Shown: piece after piece, positions 12,152 to 27,035 of the stretch | How positions within the stretch are numbered: position 1 is the stretch's first letter | Layout of the letters: the number at the start of each line of letters is the position of its first letter | From: the human T2T-CHM13v2.0 reference genome, Homo sapiens | Reading direction: 5' to 3' (one strand) | Assembly: GCF_009914755.1 (NCBI RefSeq) | Contig: NC_060937.1 | Length of the DNA: 64,000 nt | Position numbers and translations under genes: made by a program | The notes under the pieces: generated by a model | What the model saw: the letters and a program-made list of their open reading frames with translations, nothing else | Database searches by the model: none | Told to the model about the DNA's origin: nothing

Positions 12152-12338
12152 CAGTGAGTCTCAAAATGTAGTTCCTAGACCAGAAGACTCAACTTCATTT
12201 GGGAACTTGTTAGAAGTGCAAATTGTTGGGACTCACTGCAGATTTACTGATTCAGAAACTTAGAAGGTGAGGCCTGGAAATCTGTTGTAATAAGCCCTAA
12301 GGGTGATTTTGATCTACACATAAGTTTGAGAGTCACTG
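12152..12338. mobile_element. MER5A MITE
   Basis: CAGTG...CACTG terminal inverted repeats, internal ggaacttgttagaagtgcaaatt...actgattcagaaac. Confidence 0.88.
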
Positions 12339-12599
12339 ATGTAATCCCTCTCTGAACCTGATCTGAAAATTGTTCTATATTGTTGGCTTTTCCATTTATT
12401 ATAAATATACACATATGAATTTGTTATTGTAATTTATATTACATTTTTTAACCTCTGAACAAATTATTAAAAACTCTTGTGTTTAGATAGATTTCTTATA
12501 ATATAGTTTATTCTGGTGATGGTTTTTTAAAATTTGTATTTTGGACTAGATTACTCAAAATGTTACCAGCTAGAATCTGAGAATGCTGTAATATATTAG

Positions 12600-13930
12600 A
12601 AAAAATAGGTACTGTGATCAACTAGGGTTACTGTCTGGGAATATAAAGATGGGTATCAGGAAATCTATGAATATAATTTGCTGTATCAACAAATTAAAGG
12701 AGAAAAATTCATTACATTCCTTGAAAAAGTGATAAATTTAGCAGCCATTCCCAATAAAAATTCTAAGCAAAATGGAAATAAAAGGAAAATACTTCAGCGT
12801 GATAAAGACCATTTACTAATCAGCATGATAAAGACCATTTACTAAAATAATCAGCAAACATCATCTTAAATACTAAAACCCTAAATCATTTTCATTGAAA
12901 TCTGGATAGAGAAAAAGATGCCTTATTTTGCTCTTATTATTAACAATGTTTTGTAGGTTGAAGTAAATGCAACAAATCAGGAAAATAAAATCATAGATAT
13001 AAATATAATTAAGGAAATAGTAAAGTCAACTTTTTTTTCCTAAAGAGATTTCTTACATATCTAGAAACCCCAAGAGATGCTGCTAAAAATGGCTAGAATT
13101 GATGAGGGAAGTTTATAAAGAGCCTGATTATAAGAGAAATATTCAAGCTTTCTTTATACTATTAATAGTCACTTAGAAATGGAAATAGGAAAAGTATTCC
13201 AGTCATAAAAATGGCAAAAAATTTAAAATACTTAGGTTTAATTTTAACAAGAAAGCCACAGAATTTATAGGAATGAAATTATAAAAAATTATTGAAGGAT
13301 ATAAAACAAGACTTAAACAAATAAGAGAACTAATACTCTATTTGTAATATGTAAACTCAATGCCTTTTCATTTAGAAACTCAAGTTATTTTTTGAATTGA
13401 ATTAAAAAATTCAAGATTAAGAAAAGAGAACACTGGAGAAAAAATAAAATATAAAAAAGAATAAAAAGCCATTTTCTTGCTGGATATCAAAACATACTGT
13501 AAAACAACTGTGATGACAACAGTGTTGTGTGGGAATAGAGCAAAGATAGATTGGTAGACTGGAATAAGTACCCTGAAACAGATCTCACTATATATGGAAA
13601 CAATCCATGATAAATGTGACATCTTATTTCACTATGAAAAGAATGATTTAGTTAATAAAGAATTGCTCACACAACTGGCAATCAAAATAAATGGTTACCA
13701 TTATTTTACATATATGCAAAATTAATTTCAAGAGAGTAAAAGATCTAAATTAAAAAATAAAATTCAAGAGGAAGATTAATCATACCTGTATTAACACACA
13801 GGTTGTGGAGAACTTTCTAACCAAAACAGGAAGTCTAGAAGCTATTAAAGAAAACACTTTTGGCCACCTAAAAGTAAAATATTTGAGTATGGCAGATGCT
13901 ACAAAGACAGTAGACTGGCCATAGCTTGAG
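12600..13930 (+). mobile_element. Ancient L1M (ORF2 RT to C-terminal relic)
   Basis: A-rich, collinear with L1 ORF2: tgatcaactagggtt ~HDQVGF, ctagaaaccccaaga ~LENP, aacagtgttgt...agatagattggtag ~TVWYW. Confidence 0.8.
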
Positions 13931-13942
13931 AGGATACTTTTG

Positions 13943-14480
13943 ATGTATGTTTTCCAAGGAAGTAGAATCTGAGACTGTGATTCAAGGGCGAAGCTTTATC
14001 TGTGAGGTGCAAACCCAGGTTAGCGAGTGTGAGGATTAAAGAAAGAGAAGCAAGAGAACATGACGTGTTACTGCTTCCCAAAAAGACATATAAGATGCAG
14101 CAAGTCACTTGGCTGGCATATTTTCTCCCCATATGACCCTTCTCAAATGAGCTGCAAGGAGGACTTATCTTCCGAGAAGTCTATGGGAAGGGAGGGAGGA
14201 CAGGGAATTTGTCTGCCTAGCTAGCCCCCCTCTGTATCTTGTTTCCTGTTGGTCATTGATTGTCCTATGGGCAGTTAGCTTGCAGAGGGTGTCACTAGAG
14301 CTCCTTAATGCTCCCCCTGATGCCAGTTCCCATGTTCCCCATTGCGACGTTTCATGTTAGTCTAGAAGTGGCCCAGAAACTGAGCATGTGGTTGGGCAGT
14401 GCAGCATAGCAGGGGCCAAGGGGGATGGCCTGACTCATCCAGGGTTCTTGTCTGGTTGCATCCCTGTGGTGTTAATGGGT
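13943..14480. mobile_element. ERVL-type LTR relic (LTR16-like)
   Basis: ggaagtagaatctgagactgtgattc...gctttatctgtgagg motif. Boundaries uncertain. Confidence 0.4.
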
Positions 14481-14694
14481 TCAATAGGCAGGTAATATGA
14501 CCAAGGGGATCCAAGGAGAGGCAGGAGATTTGTATTCGGTACAATTGCAGAGATAAAAAGGCCTTTCAAAGAAGTGCAAATCCCAGAAGACACCCTGACA
14601 AGGTGAGTGACCACCTCGGTAGATTTAATATTCAGGGCATGTGCCACAATAAGAGGATTGGAGCCAAGAACTGCCCCATGCCTCTGAGGGTTCC

Positions 14695-15450
14695 TGCTTT
14701 TTCTCACATGCATCCTGCTGCCACTGCTCTGGTCAAAGCTACCATGAGCTCTTGCCTGCATTAGGAGCAGGCAGCCTTTACATTGGCCTTCCTACCTCTA
14801 CTCTCTTCCCACTGTCAGTCTATTCCCAGTATAGCAGCCAGAGTAATCTCATTAAAATGGAAGTCACAGCACTTCATTCCTTGGCTCAGAACCCACCTAT
14901 GGCTTCCCACCTCTTTTAGCGAAAAAGCTAAAGTCCTTAAAATGACCTGTAAAGGTCCACCTGATGCAGCTGGTTGTCACCTCTCTGATTTCGTCTGCTA
15001 CCACAACCACCATGTGCCTCCTACCTCCAGCCACAACTGACCTCTTCACTGTTCCTCCCACAGGCCAAGCATCCTCTATCCCAGGGCCTTTGCACTTGCT
15101 GGTAATGCCCTTCTCTGGGCTATCCATTGCCTTGTTTTCTTGCTTTCATTCTCACCATTTACTCAGAAGCAACCTTTTCTGTGAAGTCTTTCCCGACCAC
15201 CCTTTAAACATTCTTAAACTCATCCCTGACATTTTATATTCTTTATATCCTGCCCATTTTTTCTTTTATTTTAGCATTTGCTAATATAACATACTGTGTA
15301 TTTTACTTACTTATTTTTTCTATCTTCTGTCTCTCCCATAGAATGTGGCCCCATCTCTGTGTCATTCAATACGTAATCCTTAGGGCCTCATATAGTCTCT
15401 GGCATATAGTAGATGCTCAATAAATATTTGTTAAATGAGTAAATGACCAA
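14695..15450 (+). mobile_element. L2 3' portion
   Basis: agcagccagagtaatc...cagggcctttgcacttgctg...ggcatatagtagatgctcaataaatatttgttaaatga terminus. Confidence 0.88.
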
Positions 15451-16774
15451 TGAAACAATAATAAGGCCTGGATTCTGCCAGCCTTGGGCTTGTTTAGTAT
15501 TGATGACAAGGGTTGGTGGTTGTGTAGAAACAGAGTGAGGCACTCTTGATTTCTCAACATGCCTGGTGCAGTCCATGTTTTGGGAAAGGATGGGAACTGC
15601 CATGTTCTTGAATATGGGCTAGGAAACAAGGAAAATCCACGTGCTAGTGTGGAAAGATGAAGAAATCTTATTGGGAATATAAAATGTCTGATTTGGATTT
15701 AGCTTGATAATAAGCTTTTGATTTTAATAAAAAACATGGATGATCCTGACAAGTGAATAAGATAAATGCATTTATTTAAAACAATTATTCTCAGAAGATA
15801 AAACTCTTTTCGTTTAATAATATGAAGTTATCGAAATATTGTTTTGTGCTGTGATGAAGCTTTCTGTTAATGACTTAAAACTGGAAAAAGAAGTGCTGCT
15901 AGCAAAATTAAAACCAAAATGTAATTGATTTGGGAAAGCTTATCTAGGCAGGATTCTATTCCAATGAAATCAATGTAAAATAATGATCTGATTCACCATG
16001 CAGGAAGATCCTAATGATTGTTTTTTGGACAAAAAGTACATTCTTGTTCATACCATGGAGTACTTATTGAGTACATATGGTTTGTCTCATTTGTCAAACT
16101 CGTGTTCCATAGAAAGCTATATTACAAGATGCTAAGAGTTATGTTGTAAGTTTTTTTTTCTGTGATTAAATATGCTTAGAAAACCTTGACTTATGAGATG
16201 GTAAATAGCTAAGAGAGGTTTTGAAATATGTTATAATTCCCATATCATGGGATACTTTTTTTGTAAAACATGTGTTAACATGTGTGAGAATGGTGTTCTA
16301 TGTGAGTGAATTTAGGATACATTTAGCATAAAATGTTAATATGAAGTTTTTAGAAGTTTAGAGTAAATGTGTGTGTGTGTGTGTGTGTATAAAAGTTTAG
16401 AAGGTTTATATTACTTTAAAGTGATAGTTAATTTTGACTTTTCTGATGTTAATTAAGCATCTGTACATGAAAGACCATGATAATCCAGTTATTTTATTTC
16501 ACAAGGTAGGTTTTGTATTTTAAATTTTATTTCTTTGAGCCGTGGAGTGATTCATCATGGATTTGAGGGGGTGTGTCTGTTCAAATGTTTGTTATTAAAA
16601 ACAGCCATTTAAATTAAAAGTACTTTATTAAAGCCAAGTGGTATTTTGTTATTCAGGACATTTTGTAATCTATGCAAGGAAATGGATTAATTTTCAAATT
16701 CTTAATTTTAGTTACCTTTCTATTAAAAGTATAAAACTATAAATATAGTACTTCAGCTAAATAAACAGTTAGTA

Positions 16775-16900
16775 GGTTGACAAATATTTATTGAGCTTGC
16801 TACTGTGCCAGGTACTAATAGGCACTGGGGACTGACAGATAAGAACTCTGTTCCTAATGAGAATTCATTGTAAGGCAGAATTCAGCTTGGTGAATAAATA
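16775..16900 (-). mobile_element. L2 3' end fragment
   Basis: caaatatttattgagcttgctactgtgccaggtact. Confidence 0.65.
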
Positions 16901-18603
16901 GCAAGATTATTAGAATAACTTTAGTCTTCTTTCTAGTTATTAAATTGAAAAGAAAACAAGTTTTCTGTTTTATTCCATTTCAAACAATTTCACATTTTAC
17001 AGTGAAAATTCTAAATAATTTAAAACATTTGTTAGACAAAATGTGCTGAACATGAATTGCTGCTTTTATATGCTGTATTATCAAGTCCTAGTTCTCAAGT
17101 CATATATTTAGTTCACAACTAATGGATGATGATTAGTGATGATGAATCCTCTGGTTTCTCTTTAGAAATGAGAGATTGTGGAGATATTAACATATGACAC
17201 CTCCACCCCCAAATCAATATTTTATTATTGAATAAAATAGTATAGATATTTATGAAGTAATAGTGCCCTGAAAGACAACAATAAAAACTTATAAAATTAT
17301 TAAACAATAGGGTTGAATTAGGAGCATGACCATCTTTTATTTGATATTTCTTCAGAATAAAATAGGAACTCTACTAATAGTTTTTGAAGGGCAGGGTTAG
17401 CTACTGATGATGTTTTGCTCCGATACCTTGAGTTTGCCTGTAATATTATGCCTTTTCTTTTGAAGTTCAGAATAAGGGCCATAAGTGGATTAATCACTTA
17501 GTTTGATATATCCAATTACCCATTTGATACTGTTCTTCAGATAGATAGAGAGAGTGCACCATGTTTTCAATACAGTCGTCTTAGATGAACTGACTTCTAG
17601 TTGACTCTTATAACAAATTCTCATACGTGTGCATATAGACATATACACATATATGCAGTACACTTGTATGTACATAAACTCACACACAGATAAGACATAC
17701 ACACATATATATACACTCCCCCCTCATGTTTGCCAAGATGGAAGTGTTATTCAGAATCACTAGATTGTTGTTAATTCAGTATTTCATAAGTATTACATAT
17801 TTTTCCTTTAATAATATTATGAAACCATGATTCTCAGATATTCATGTCACAACCAACTCTTAAGCAGTTTATGATTGAATTGGGTATCACCTCTGGAGCA
17901 TATTGGTAAGAGAATGAAGTGGAAATTGTCCAGAAAGCACTGTCTTCATGATGCACAAAGGGAGAGGCTGAGATGTCAAGGTGTGCAAACTGATAAGCCA
18001 CATCGTCTCATAGGAAATCCCCCAGATTGAGGATTAGGGTGATAGAGGATGTTAGTTGTCCATGCACTTTTCTTACCTTGGCATTTTCAAGAGTCTCACA
18101 GTTGCATGGTGGTGGCAGTATCTTTAAATTGTAATTTAAGATCTATAGATCCATTGTGGCTTAGGGAGCCGATAATAGGACCATTAATGTCTAGAGGAAT
18201 GACATTACGTTTCTTGGGTTATCAAGCTCAGATGGATTTGGTAAAGCTGTTATTGGCATTTTTTCTTCCTGTCTCTAGGCAAGAAAGGAATAATTCTCTC
18301 TTATTACACAGAGAGACTTCTACGCAGAGAATTACTTATACACATTATTTAAGTGTGAATGGTTATTTAGGAAACCGATATTATGGTCACTATTTGTTAC
18401 CAATACAACATTTAGATTAATTTCAGAGCAATTTCTATATAGGTATCTTGAATACCTTCTGTTGATATTTCAGGCAGTAAGTCTATACACTTATATTCCT
18501 AGTGTATGGTATAAAGAAATAATTCAGCATAGCTGAAGTTATTACAACATTATTTCTTGGTTCACCAACAATACCTCAAGTTAAAAGAAGGAAGTTTTTC
18601 TTT

Positions 18604-18731
18604 TTCAGTTTTGCAGTCACACTAGCCACATTTTAGGTGCTCCATAACCACATGTGGCCAGTGGCTCCTGCTTGGGGGAATGCAAACCCAGGATGTTCCC
18701 CACATTGTAGAAGATTCCACTGGACAGCACT
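18604..18731 (+). mobile_element. MER3 fragment (copy 1)
   Basis: cactagccacatttt...ccacatgtggccagtggct...ctggacagcact. Confidence 0.8.
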
Positions 18732-20155
18732 CATTTTCTCATTCCAGAGGAGGAGTTAACTTAAATAGAACAATATAGGTTGGTGAAGGAATTTGTGAAA
18801 TAGTATTCATATTAGAGTTTTGTGTAAAAAGGCCATGATTATAAGTTTATATGCTTATATAAAAAAGACTAAACCAGGCTGTTTTTATTATCTTTGACCA
18901 TTTGTAGGGTAACTTAACTATTTAGATTCTTTTAAAATATGCTGATATTTTATACTGAATATTTTAGGTAATAAAAACGTGGATCTTGGTAATGAACATG
19001 GGTTTTTTTCTGAATGAGGAGAGTGTATTTATATAAATGTGATATAGAATGAACGCATGTGATGGAAACCCTGCCTAATCCTTAATAGCATTGCTATAAT
19101 TCTCTATAATTTAAAATTTCCTTCCTTAGTTTTGTAAATAGAATTAGTTATGTTAAAGGAGTCATAGCAAGAAACAAAACCACTGGATTTTTATAGTCAG
19201 GTTTTAAAAAATAGTATGTGGTTAAGACTAGGGCCATGGTAACAATTACAAGAGGATGATCAACGAATGGGCTTTACTTCGCAGCTGTTTCACCAGATGG
19301 CCATGGCTAGGTATTTTGTACCTTTTAAACAGGATACATATAATAGAATGAAAATGATTCCATTGAAACCTTACAGATTTGCTGATAATAATACCTCCAT
19401 GTTTTCCTTTTTTAGTTTTCAACAGAGATAATATTTATTATATAATAGGTTATGCTCACCTCTTACATTTTTAAAGAAACATTTTAAATATCAGAATAGA
19501 GAAGTGTTTCTTGTTGTTTTTTTTCCAAGTGTCATTGTGATTTAGAAGCAGTTGCTGAGGAGAAGCCATGTTAACATAACAACAGTTGATGCAATTGCAA
19601 ATCTTTCTGTTTAAATAAAGATTTCTGTTTTTAAGGGCTGAGGGTTCTCCCCACTGAGCAATCCTGGCTTCAGTACAGATGTTGAGCTCTCTTTAAAAAA
19701 TAGTGCTGAGCACGATCCAGGTGTTTCCCCATTGCCCAGCACTTTGATTAACCTTTTATGAAGTATCTGCCCACAAAAATCTGGATTAGTATGCTCCCGT
19801 GTGTCTTATTAAAAGCCTGCCAGGCTTTATTGAACACTGTGTTTATACTTTCTGTTCTCTGGACAGTTTTGGTGTCTGGTAAGTATCAAATGGAAAGCAT
19901 CAGCATACACTACGTTAACAAGGATGTCTGATGTTAGCTGCTGACTTGAGTTTGGAACAGGAAACATCAAGGTTTGATGCGCTGATTGTCAGGGAAGAAT
20001 GACTGTGGTTACATACATAGGAGGGGCATTGGTTTCCCATACACAAATGCTTAATGGAGGGCCTACTTTGCTTCGTTGGGAGACATGTGAATAGAATTTT
20101 CTGCTATTATCAAATCTTTGAGATAGGGTTTCCAAGTGTGTGCCCATTGTCTAGT

Positions 20156-20358
20156 CTAGTCCTGGGCCCTCAGTACAGGAGCCACTAGCCATATATACTA
20201 TTTACATTTAAATAAAAATTAAACAAAAATTAAAATTCAGTTTTGCATTCGCACTAGCCACATTTCAAGTGCTCCACGTGTGTCTGGTGGCTCCTGCATT
20301 GGGAAATGAAAACCTGGGACATTCTCCCAATTGCAGAAAATTCTACTGGACAGCACTG
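20156..20358 (+). mobile_element. MER3 (copy 2, near complete)
   Basis: agccactagcca...aaaattcag...cgcactagccacatttcaagtgctc...ctggacagcactg. Confidence 0.85.
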
Positions 20359-21589
20359 TCCTGAATTTTAAATACCAGACTGACCTATACACTACAGAGT
20401 TTCTATTTATACTCTACACTTGTAAAAGGATTTCTCCAATGAGCTTGTGGATTCCTTTAAATTTACAGTATTAATATCAAAAGTATCAGCTCCTCCCTAG
20501 AGGAGCAATCAGCTCCCATTACTTCTAGCTTAACATTGAATCTTTGGGTGAGAGATTAGACTTTGATTTCAGAATGGGTTCTTGGCATAGCTAATGTTTT
20601 TTAAATACCTGGGTAAATCACAGGAATAGACTCTTGGGAAAGTGATGGTGGTCTGTAGATTGTGAACTACAGAACAACGGTGAGAAAAGCTGGCACAAAA
20701 TTCCTAGTGTTTAGAAAACGCTAACATTTTTCCAGGCTATTTGTTTTAGTATTTTATAAAATTAACAAAATAATTTACTATTTATATAGCTGTTAAGATG
20801 ACTTTAAATGGATGAGATCCTGATTATGTTACCCTGATATTCATTTTTCTACCCACATTGAATGAATGGGTTCAGGCATTTTTAAATTTCCCAAGTTATA
20901 TCTCTTTTATAATAAGAAAATGTCTTTTAAACCTTTATAGTTTCATTCGAATGTTTTACCAGGAACATTTCCACCAATTTTGCTATATCGTCCCTTCTCT
21001 TTATTCTAAATTGATAATACTTTAATTTATTAACACAGTTCCTTGGATACCAACATTTCTTGCCTAGTTTATAGCTTTCACCCACAAACTAGTTTTGTGG
21101 TCTCTAGTTTGTCTCCTCTCTGGTCTATTCTCAATACTGCTCCTAACTTTATCTTGCTAAAATGCATGTTTGATCATGTCCCAAACCAATTAAAACCCTT
21201 CTGTTAGATTCCCATGGCTTGCTATATTACAGACTCTTTAGCATTTTTTTCAATGGCCTATCACATTGGGTCCCTAGTTACTATATTTCAAACTAACTGT
21301 TTTTTACTGTTTTAAACTATATTTCAAACTATTTTTTTTCCTATTTATCTGAAGAATTTCTAATAAATACATAAGTCTTTATAATGAACTTTTCCCTTTC
21401 TGCACAGGTTTCTAGTTTCTCCCCTATCTACTAGTTTTCCACAATGACCATTTTACTTTACTGTGCACATTGAGGTGGTTTTCTTTCCTCCTTTCTATTT
21501 CTACATTTTCACTTATTTTCTTTCTCTGCCACTCTTCTCAGGGAAAGAAATATTGCTTCTCCTATCAAAGTAATTAAACCAAAGCGGAA

Positions 21590-22102
21590 CTCTTAATCCG
21601 TCTTTTAAAACCTGCAGTGGTTTCCCTGTAGCGTGTAGGTTAAAGTGAAAAAGCTCTTTGGTGTTCCAGGAACAGCAGGGTTCCTCCCAAATCACTTTGC
21701 CAGCGTTAGTTCTCACACTGTTCCTTCCCTGAGTGGTCCCTGCAAATGGAATCATTCTCTGTGCCCTTGTTTTGCTTACTCCCTACCTTGCCCAATAATC
21801 TTTTTTCTAAGTATAGTTCTCCTCTCCCTCATTTGTAATCATTTTTGAGCTTCCAGACAAAAGATGTGTCCCAGATGAAGGCATTTGTGATTTCCCCAGT
21901 ATGCAATGCCCATGTCCTCATCTGCACTCCTATAAAATTTTATTATCACTTCTACTGGCATTCATAAGCTCGCATACTCATAGAGGAGCTTCTTGGTAAC
22001 AATTTACTGCTAATTCAGCTTCTCTTATTCCCTACAATGCCTAGCACACAATCTTGCATATAGTACATGCACCAAAAAATGCATCTTGAATGAATGAATG
22101 AG
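21590..22102 (+). mobile_element. L2 3' relic
   Basis: Ends cctagcacaca...catatagta...tgaatgaatgaatg. Confidence 0.6.
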
Positions 22103-23389
22103 TGGAATAACTTATTTCCAAGCCTGAACACTTTATTAAAAACTATTTACAAAACTATATTTATTTTAAATAAAAATTTCTTAAGAAAAAAAACCTGTTG
22201 TTTTGGCTCTTCCATGAATGAATTCTGGATTAGGATGGGGAAGTAATTAATTTCTTACTTTAACTGGTTAGATATGTTGTATTTAGATAATTACTGAAAT
22301 GGTCCAGCTTGCTAGATTTACATACAGAGAGCTGTCTTATTTAATAGTAGTAATTTCATGGATTCTTTGTGCTCTGCTTATATGATAAGATGTCAGGATT
22401 TTCAGTAGAAAGGAAATAATTTCAAATTAAGTAAACAGAGATGCGTATGCACTCAGATAAGCATGGTTTGGCATGTGCACACACAAAACACATAGCATGT
22501 GATGGGAGGAAGGAAATGGTGAAATTGAAAGATGGGAAAAGTAAATGGGCTTAAGGCAAAATCTACAGTTACACATTCTTAGAAGCCTTCCTGCTGAAAT
22601 AAATAGTATAAAGTAAGTTTTCTCTTTAGGCTCGTTGGCAAAGAACACTACTTAGATCAGACACCCGGGTTTGTAATTGTTCATTTCACAGAGAATTCTC
22701 TGAGGCTGAATGCCTTGCCCTCTTCCTGTGCACATTCTTTGAATCCTGAGACATCTCTAATAGTCTGCTACCTAAATCAAGATAAAGCAGCACCCAAATT
22801 GTTCTACAGCAATTGCAAAATTTTTTTATTACTGAACTCCATTTCAGCTTTGTAGATATTAGTTGACCTGTCACACAGAATGAGGTTATCGTGTTTGACC
22901 TCTGTGTCCTCTGCCTATTTTAAGGGCAGAAAGTAACAGCTCAGCAGAAGTGAAGCTGAGTACCTATTCTTTGTCATGCAGCTTTACTTCTACCAAATAC
23001 ATGGAATTAAGTGGAAGAAATTTTATATTGCAGGAAAAAAGGATTACCAATACCTGTTGGAGATAAAGGAAAAGCAATATCCTTTTTAAATTTGTAAGTT
23101 CAGTTGTAGTAGAGAAAAATGTATTTTGGAATATTTAACTTTTAGGTAAGCTAGAAGTTTAAAGGTACCCTGTTTCAGTAATTGTTTCTGGATCTTTTAC
23201 GCTAGGGAAATGAAAAGTCCAAATGTACTGTTTCTTTGGGCTATTTCTCATGGTGGATTAAACTCCTTAATTTCAGCCCTTAATCCAGGCACAGGGAAAT
23301 TCAAAGACAAGAGAGTCGCTGCTTGCGTAGAATTCTCAATCTATTGGTTGCAGTAACCAAATAAAGCAACAATGAAAATATGGTGACAC

Positions 23390-23980
23390 AATGTAAGTTT
23401 GAATACAAAAGTCTACGGAGGTAGGACTGCACCTGTCTCATTTACTGCTTCGTTCCTGGCATCTAGCACAATGCTTTGCACATGGCGGAAGCTGAATAAA
23501 TATGTGTTAGATGTGATATGGGATTTTGCAGACAAGGAACTTCTAGATGTAGTACTTGATCCAGTTCATAGAGGGCTCCCCACTGGTGCCACCTGAGCAA
23601 AGTCTTGAAGGTAATGTAAAAGTCACCATGCATAGAGAAAACGGCCACCAGATGGAATTGACTGTGAAGGGCATTCCAGAACAATGGAACAGAGTGGGAA
23701 AAGCACAATAGCATGAGAGAACATGCAATGTTTTTGTTGGATCCAGTGTCAAAAGGAAAGTCTCTAGAGGCAGCAAGTCCATATTATGAAAGAACTTGGG
23801 GGATAAGTGATATATTTGCACTTTAGCATGAAGTCTACCAGGAGTCCATGAAGCATTTAGCAGAGTGGTATACTCAAGTTTGCACTGAAGAAAAAAATTC
23901 ACTGTGACATTGGCGTTTTGAAGGAAGGGGAGAATGGGATAATCCAGACCAGAAAATTAAAATATTCCAAATTATGATAT
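23390..23980. mobile_element. L2 fragments (+ 3' end ~23390-23510; - fragment ~23560-23980)
   Basis: ctagcacaatgctttgcacatgg...aataaatatgtgtt, followed by purine-rich reverse L2-like sequence. Confidence 0.5.
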
Positions 23981-23988
23981 GAACAAGT

Positions 23989-24685
<697 letters not shown>

Positions 24686-25766
24686 GAAGTCTTACTACAG
24701 AGGTAAATTTACCAGAACATTTTATCAGTAGAAGAGAATATTCTTTCTTTCATGAAAAAAAGTTTAGAGAAGATGAATATTTATTAATCATTTATCTGGC
24801 TTTTAAAAATCAAGTCACTCTATGGGTTTTTCTTTTAATATCAAGAATCAAAGGTAGACTTTATGTCTTTTTATATTAAAAATATATAGCTTAATATGTT
24901 CATAAAATATGTTTGCTCTGTTAGGTTGCAAATTAAAAAATTGATAAAAATGTATAGTTTAATTTACTTTGAAAGATGTTTAATAATAGTAACAACTTAA
25001 TGACCTCAAGAGAAATATTTTTAAGAATGTTAATTGGACAACATTTTGCGTAACATCAAAAAATACCAGAAGTACCATTAGAAGGAAGACATTGAAGTCT
25101 AGAGTTCTGGAAGAGAGAGGCATTTGCCTTATCTGGGCAATGATTCTCGTCTGTGATTAGCTTTCTCTTTCAAATGAAACAATGTCTGACTGACAGAGGA
25201 TGCCTTTAACTATTATGCTGCACAAGAGATGTATGCTGAGTTAGTCCCTGTGCAAACCAAGATGTATGGTCATCTCTGTGAACAACCCACATTGCATTGG
25301 AAATAATTGTCAATATATATTTTGATATATTTCTTATTCACAATGTTAACTTCTAATCCTCCTCCTATATACAGTTAAACAAAACAAAACATAAAACATT
25401 TCACCATAATATTTGCCAATCTTATATACCTTGGTCTGAAACACTTTGGCAAGAAGAGAGAACAATGGGAAAAGAAAGTTTATTGATTATCTCGCACTTA
25501 AAGCCAAAGTAATAAGATGAACTAGGAACATTCTTTGAGGCCTATCAGACTGATCCAAATGTTCAGGTTGTAAAGGGGAATGTAGGGGTGGCAAAGTGCA
25601 ATGGGAAGAAAGCTTTGCTCTATCAGCCAAAGACTGGGGTACTGGTCCTGAGTCTGTCTCTCTCTATCTCTGTGACCGTGATATAATACTTGACTTCTCT
25701 GAGCCTCTGGATCTTCCTTGTCTTTCAGATGAAATCTGAATTGTATGAAATAAGAAATAATTTTCT

Positions 25767-26054
25767 GGCCGGGTGCGGGGGCTCACGCCTGTAATCCCAA
25801 CACTTTGGGAGGCTAAGGTAGGCGGATCAGATGTGGTCAGGAGTTCATGACTAGCCTGGCCAACATAGTGAAATCCCATCTCTACTAAAAATACAACAAA
25901 CAAACAAACAAAAAAAATTAGTTGGGCACGGCGGTGGGTGCCTTTAATCCCAGCTACTCGGCAGGGAGAATTGCTTGAACCCAGGAGGCGGACGTTGCAG
26001 TAAACCGAAATTGCACCACTGCATTCCAGCCTGGAGACACAATGAGACTCCATC

Positions 26055-26101
<47 letters not shown>
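25767..26101 (+). mobile_element. Alu (AluS) with a small right-arm deletion and (TAA)n tail, inside a MIR
   Basis: Starts ggccgggtgcgggggctcacgcc, (TAA)~15 tail. MIR core upstream at ~25630-25740. Confidence 0.95.
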
Positions 26102-26102
<1 letters not shown>

Positions 26103-26229
26103 TTCTAAAAGTAAGAAAAATATCTACCCTTTTAATTCATGGAAGAGATGCATGTTAAACTATAATATGATAGCATTAAGCTAATCAAATTGGCATGTAT
26201 AAGAAAAAGAACATCACAAGATTGGGTGG

Positions 26230-26900
26230 CAGTGGGGGTTATATTAATAGTTTACTACTGGAGGTGTATCAATTGAGGAAGCCTCTCAGGAGGGCAACCT
26301 GACAATATGTATCAATGGCCACAAAATTTTAAAAAAAATTCTAAAACTCTATTTGACTACCAACTCCCTTTCTAAGAATTTACCATCAGGAAGTAATCAG
26401 ATTGTCCTACAGAGATTTATGTACAAAAAGATCCATTGTTGAGTTATTCATAGTAGCATAACAATTGGAAATTAAAAAATTGTATTAAGGGACTGATTAA
26501 ATAAATTATTACATATGCAGCTGATGATAACAAAATTTCATAGCCTTTTAAAATAGCCTTGAAGATTACTTAAGGATATGGGTAAATCTTTATAAAAAGG
26601 ATAAGTAGGTATTCAAATAGATAAATGGTTATTTATAACTCTTTATCTATTGTTGAATAAATAATTCACAAAATTGTATGTGTAATATGATAATTACTTT
26701 GCAAGAAAGTGCATGTATAATATGAAAACTATGACATTTATATACATGGGATTTATATGTAATGACTATAAGGACAACACCAACATGTTAACAGTAGCTA
26801 TCTCTGTGTTGTGAGATTAGAGAGAACTTTTGCTTTCTATTTCAAAATTTTCTTCAATAAAATATTGTTTATGTATTTCTCAAAGGATAATAATATACGT
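26230..26900 (+). mobile_element. Ancient L1ME-like ORF2 end and 3' UTR relic
   Basis: ggagggcaacctgacaatatgtatcaa...tttgact...ctaagaatttacc...ttattcatagtagca. Confidence 0.65.
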
Positions 26901-27035
26901 ATAATATATAATATTGAGATATAATAAGTGTGATAATATAATGATTACACTTTTTAAAAGTTTGCTAAGCTAGATGATTTATAGTGTGCTATCTCTTGTT
27001 TTAAGGTTCTATATACCTATAATTTTATCCTAGAA

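Noticed and set aside
12795-12850. ~26-bp tandem duplication (similar ones at ~21280-21331, ~43350-43400 and 43873-43933)
   Set aside because: Ordinary slippage duplications with no sign of function.
23643-23660. CTCF-like GGCCACCAGATGG (similar site near 19290)
   Set aside because: The 3' GC part of the motif is missing, and one site lies in an L2 relic. Expected by chance in 64 kb.
25664-26184. Alu-derived ORFs including a poly-Ile stretch (likewise the other Alu ORFs in the track)
   Set aside because: Translations of Alu sequence and its (TAA)n tail.
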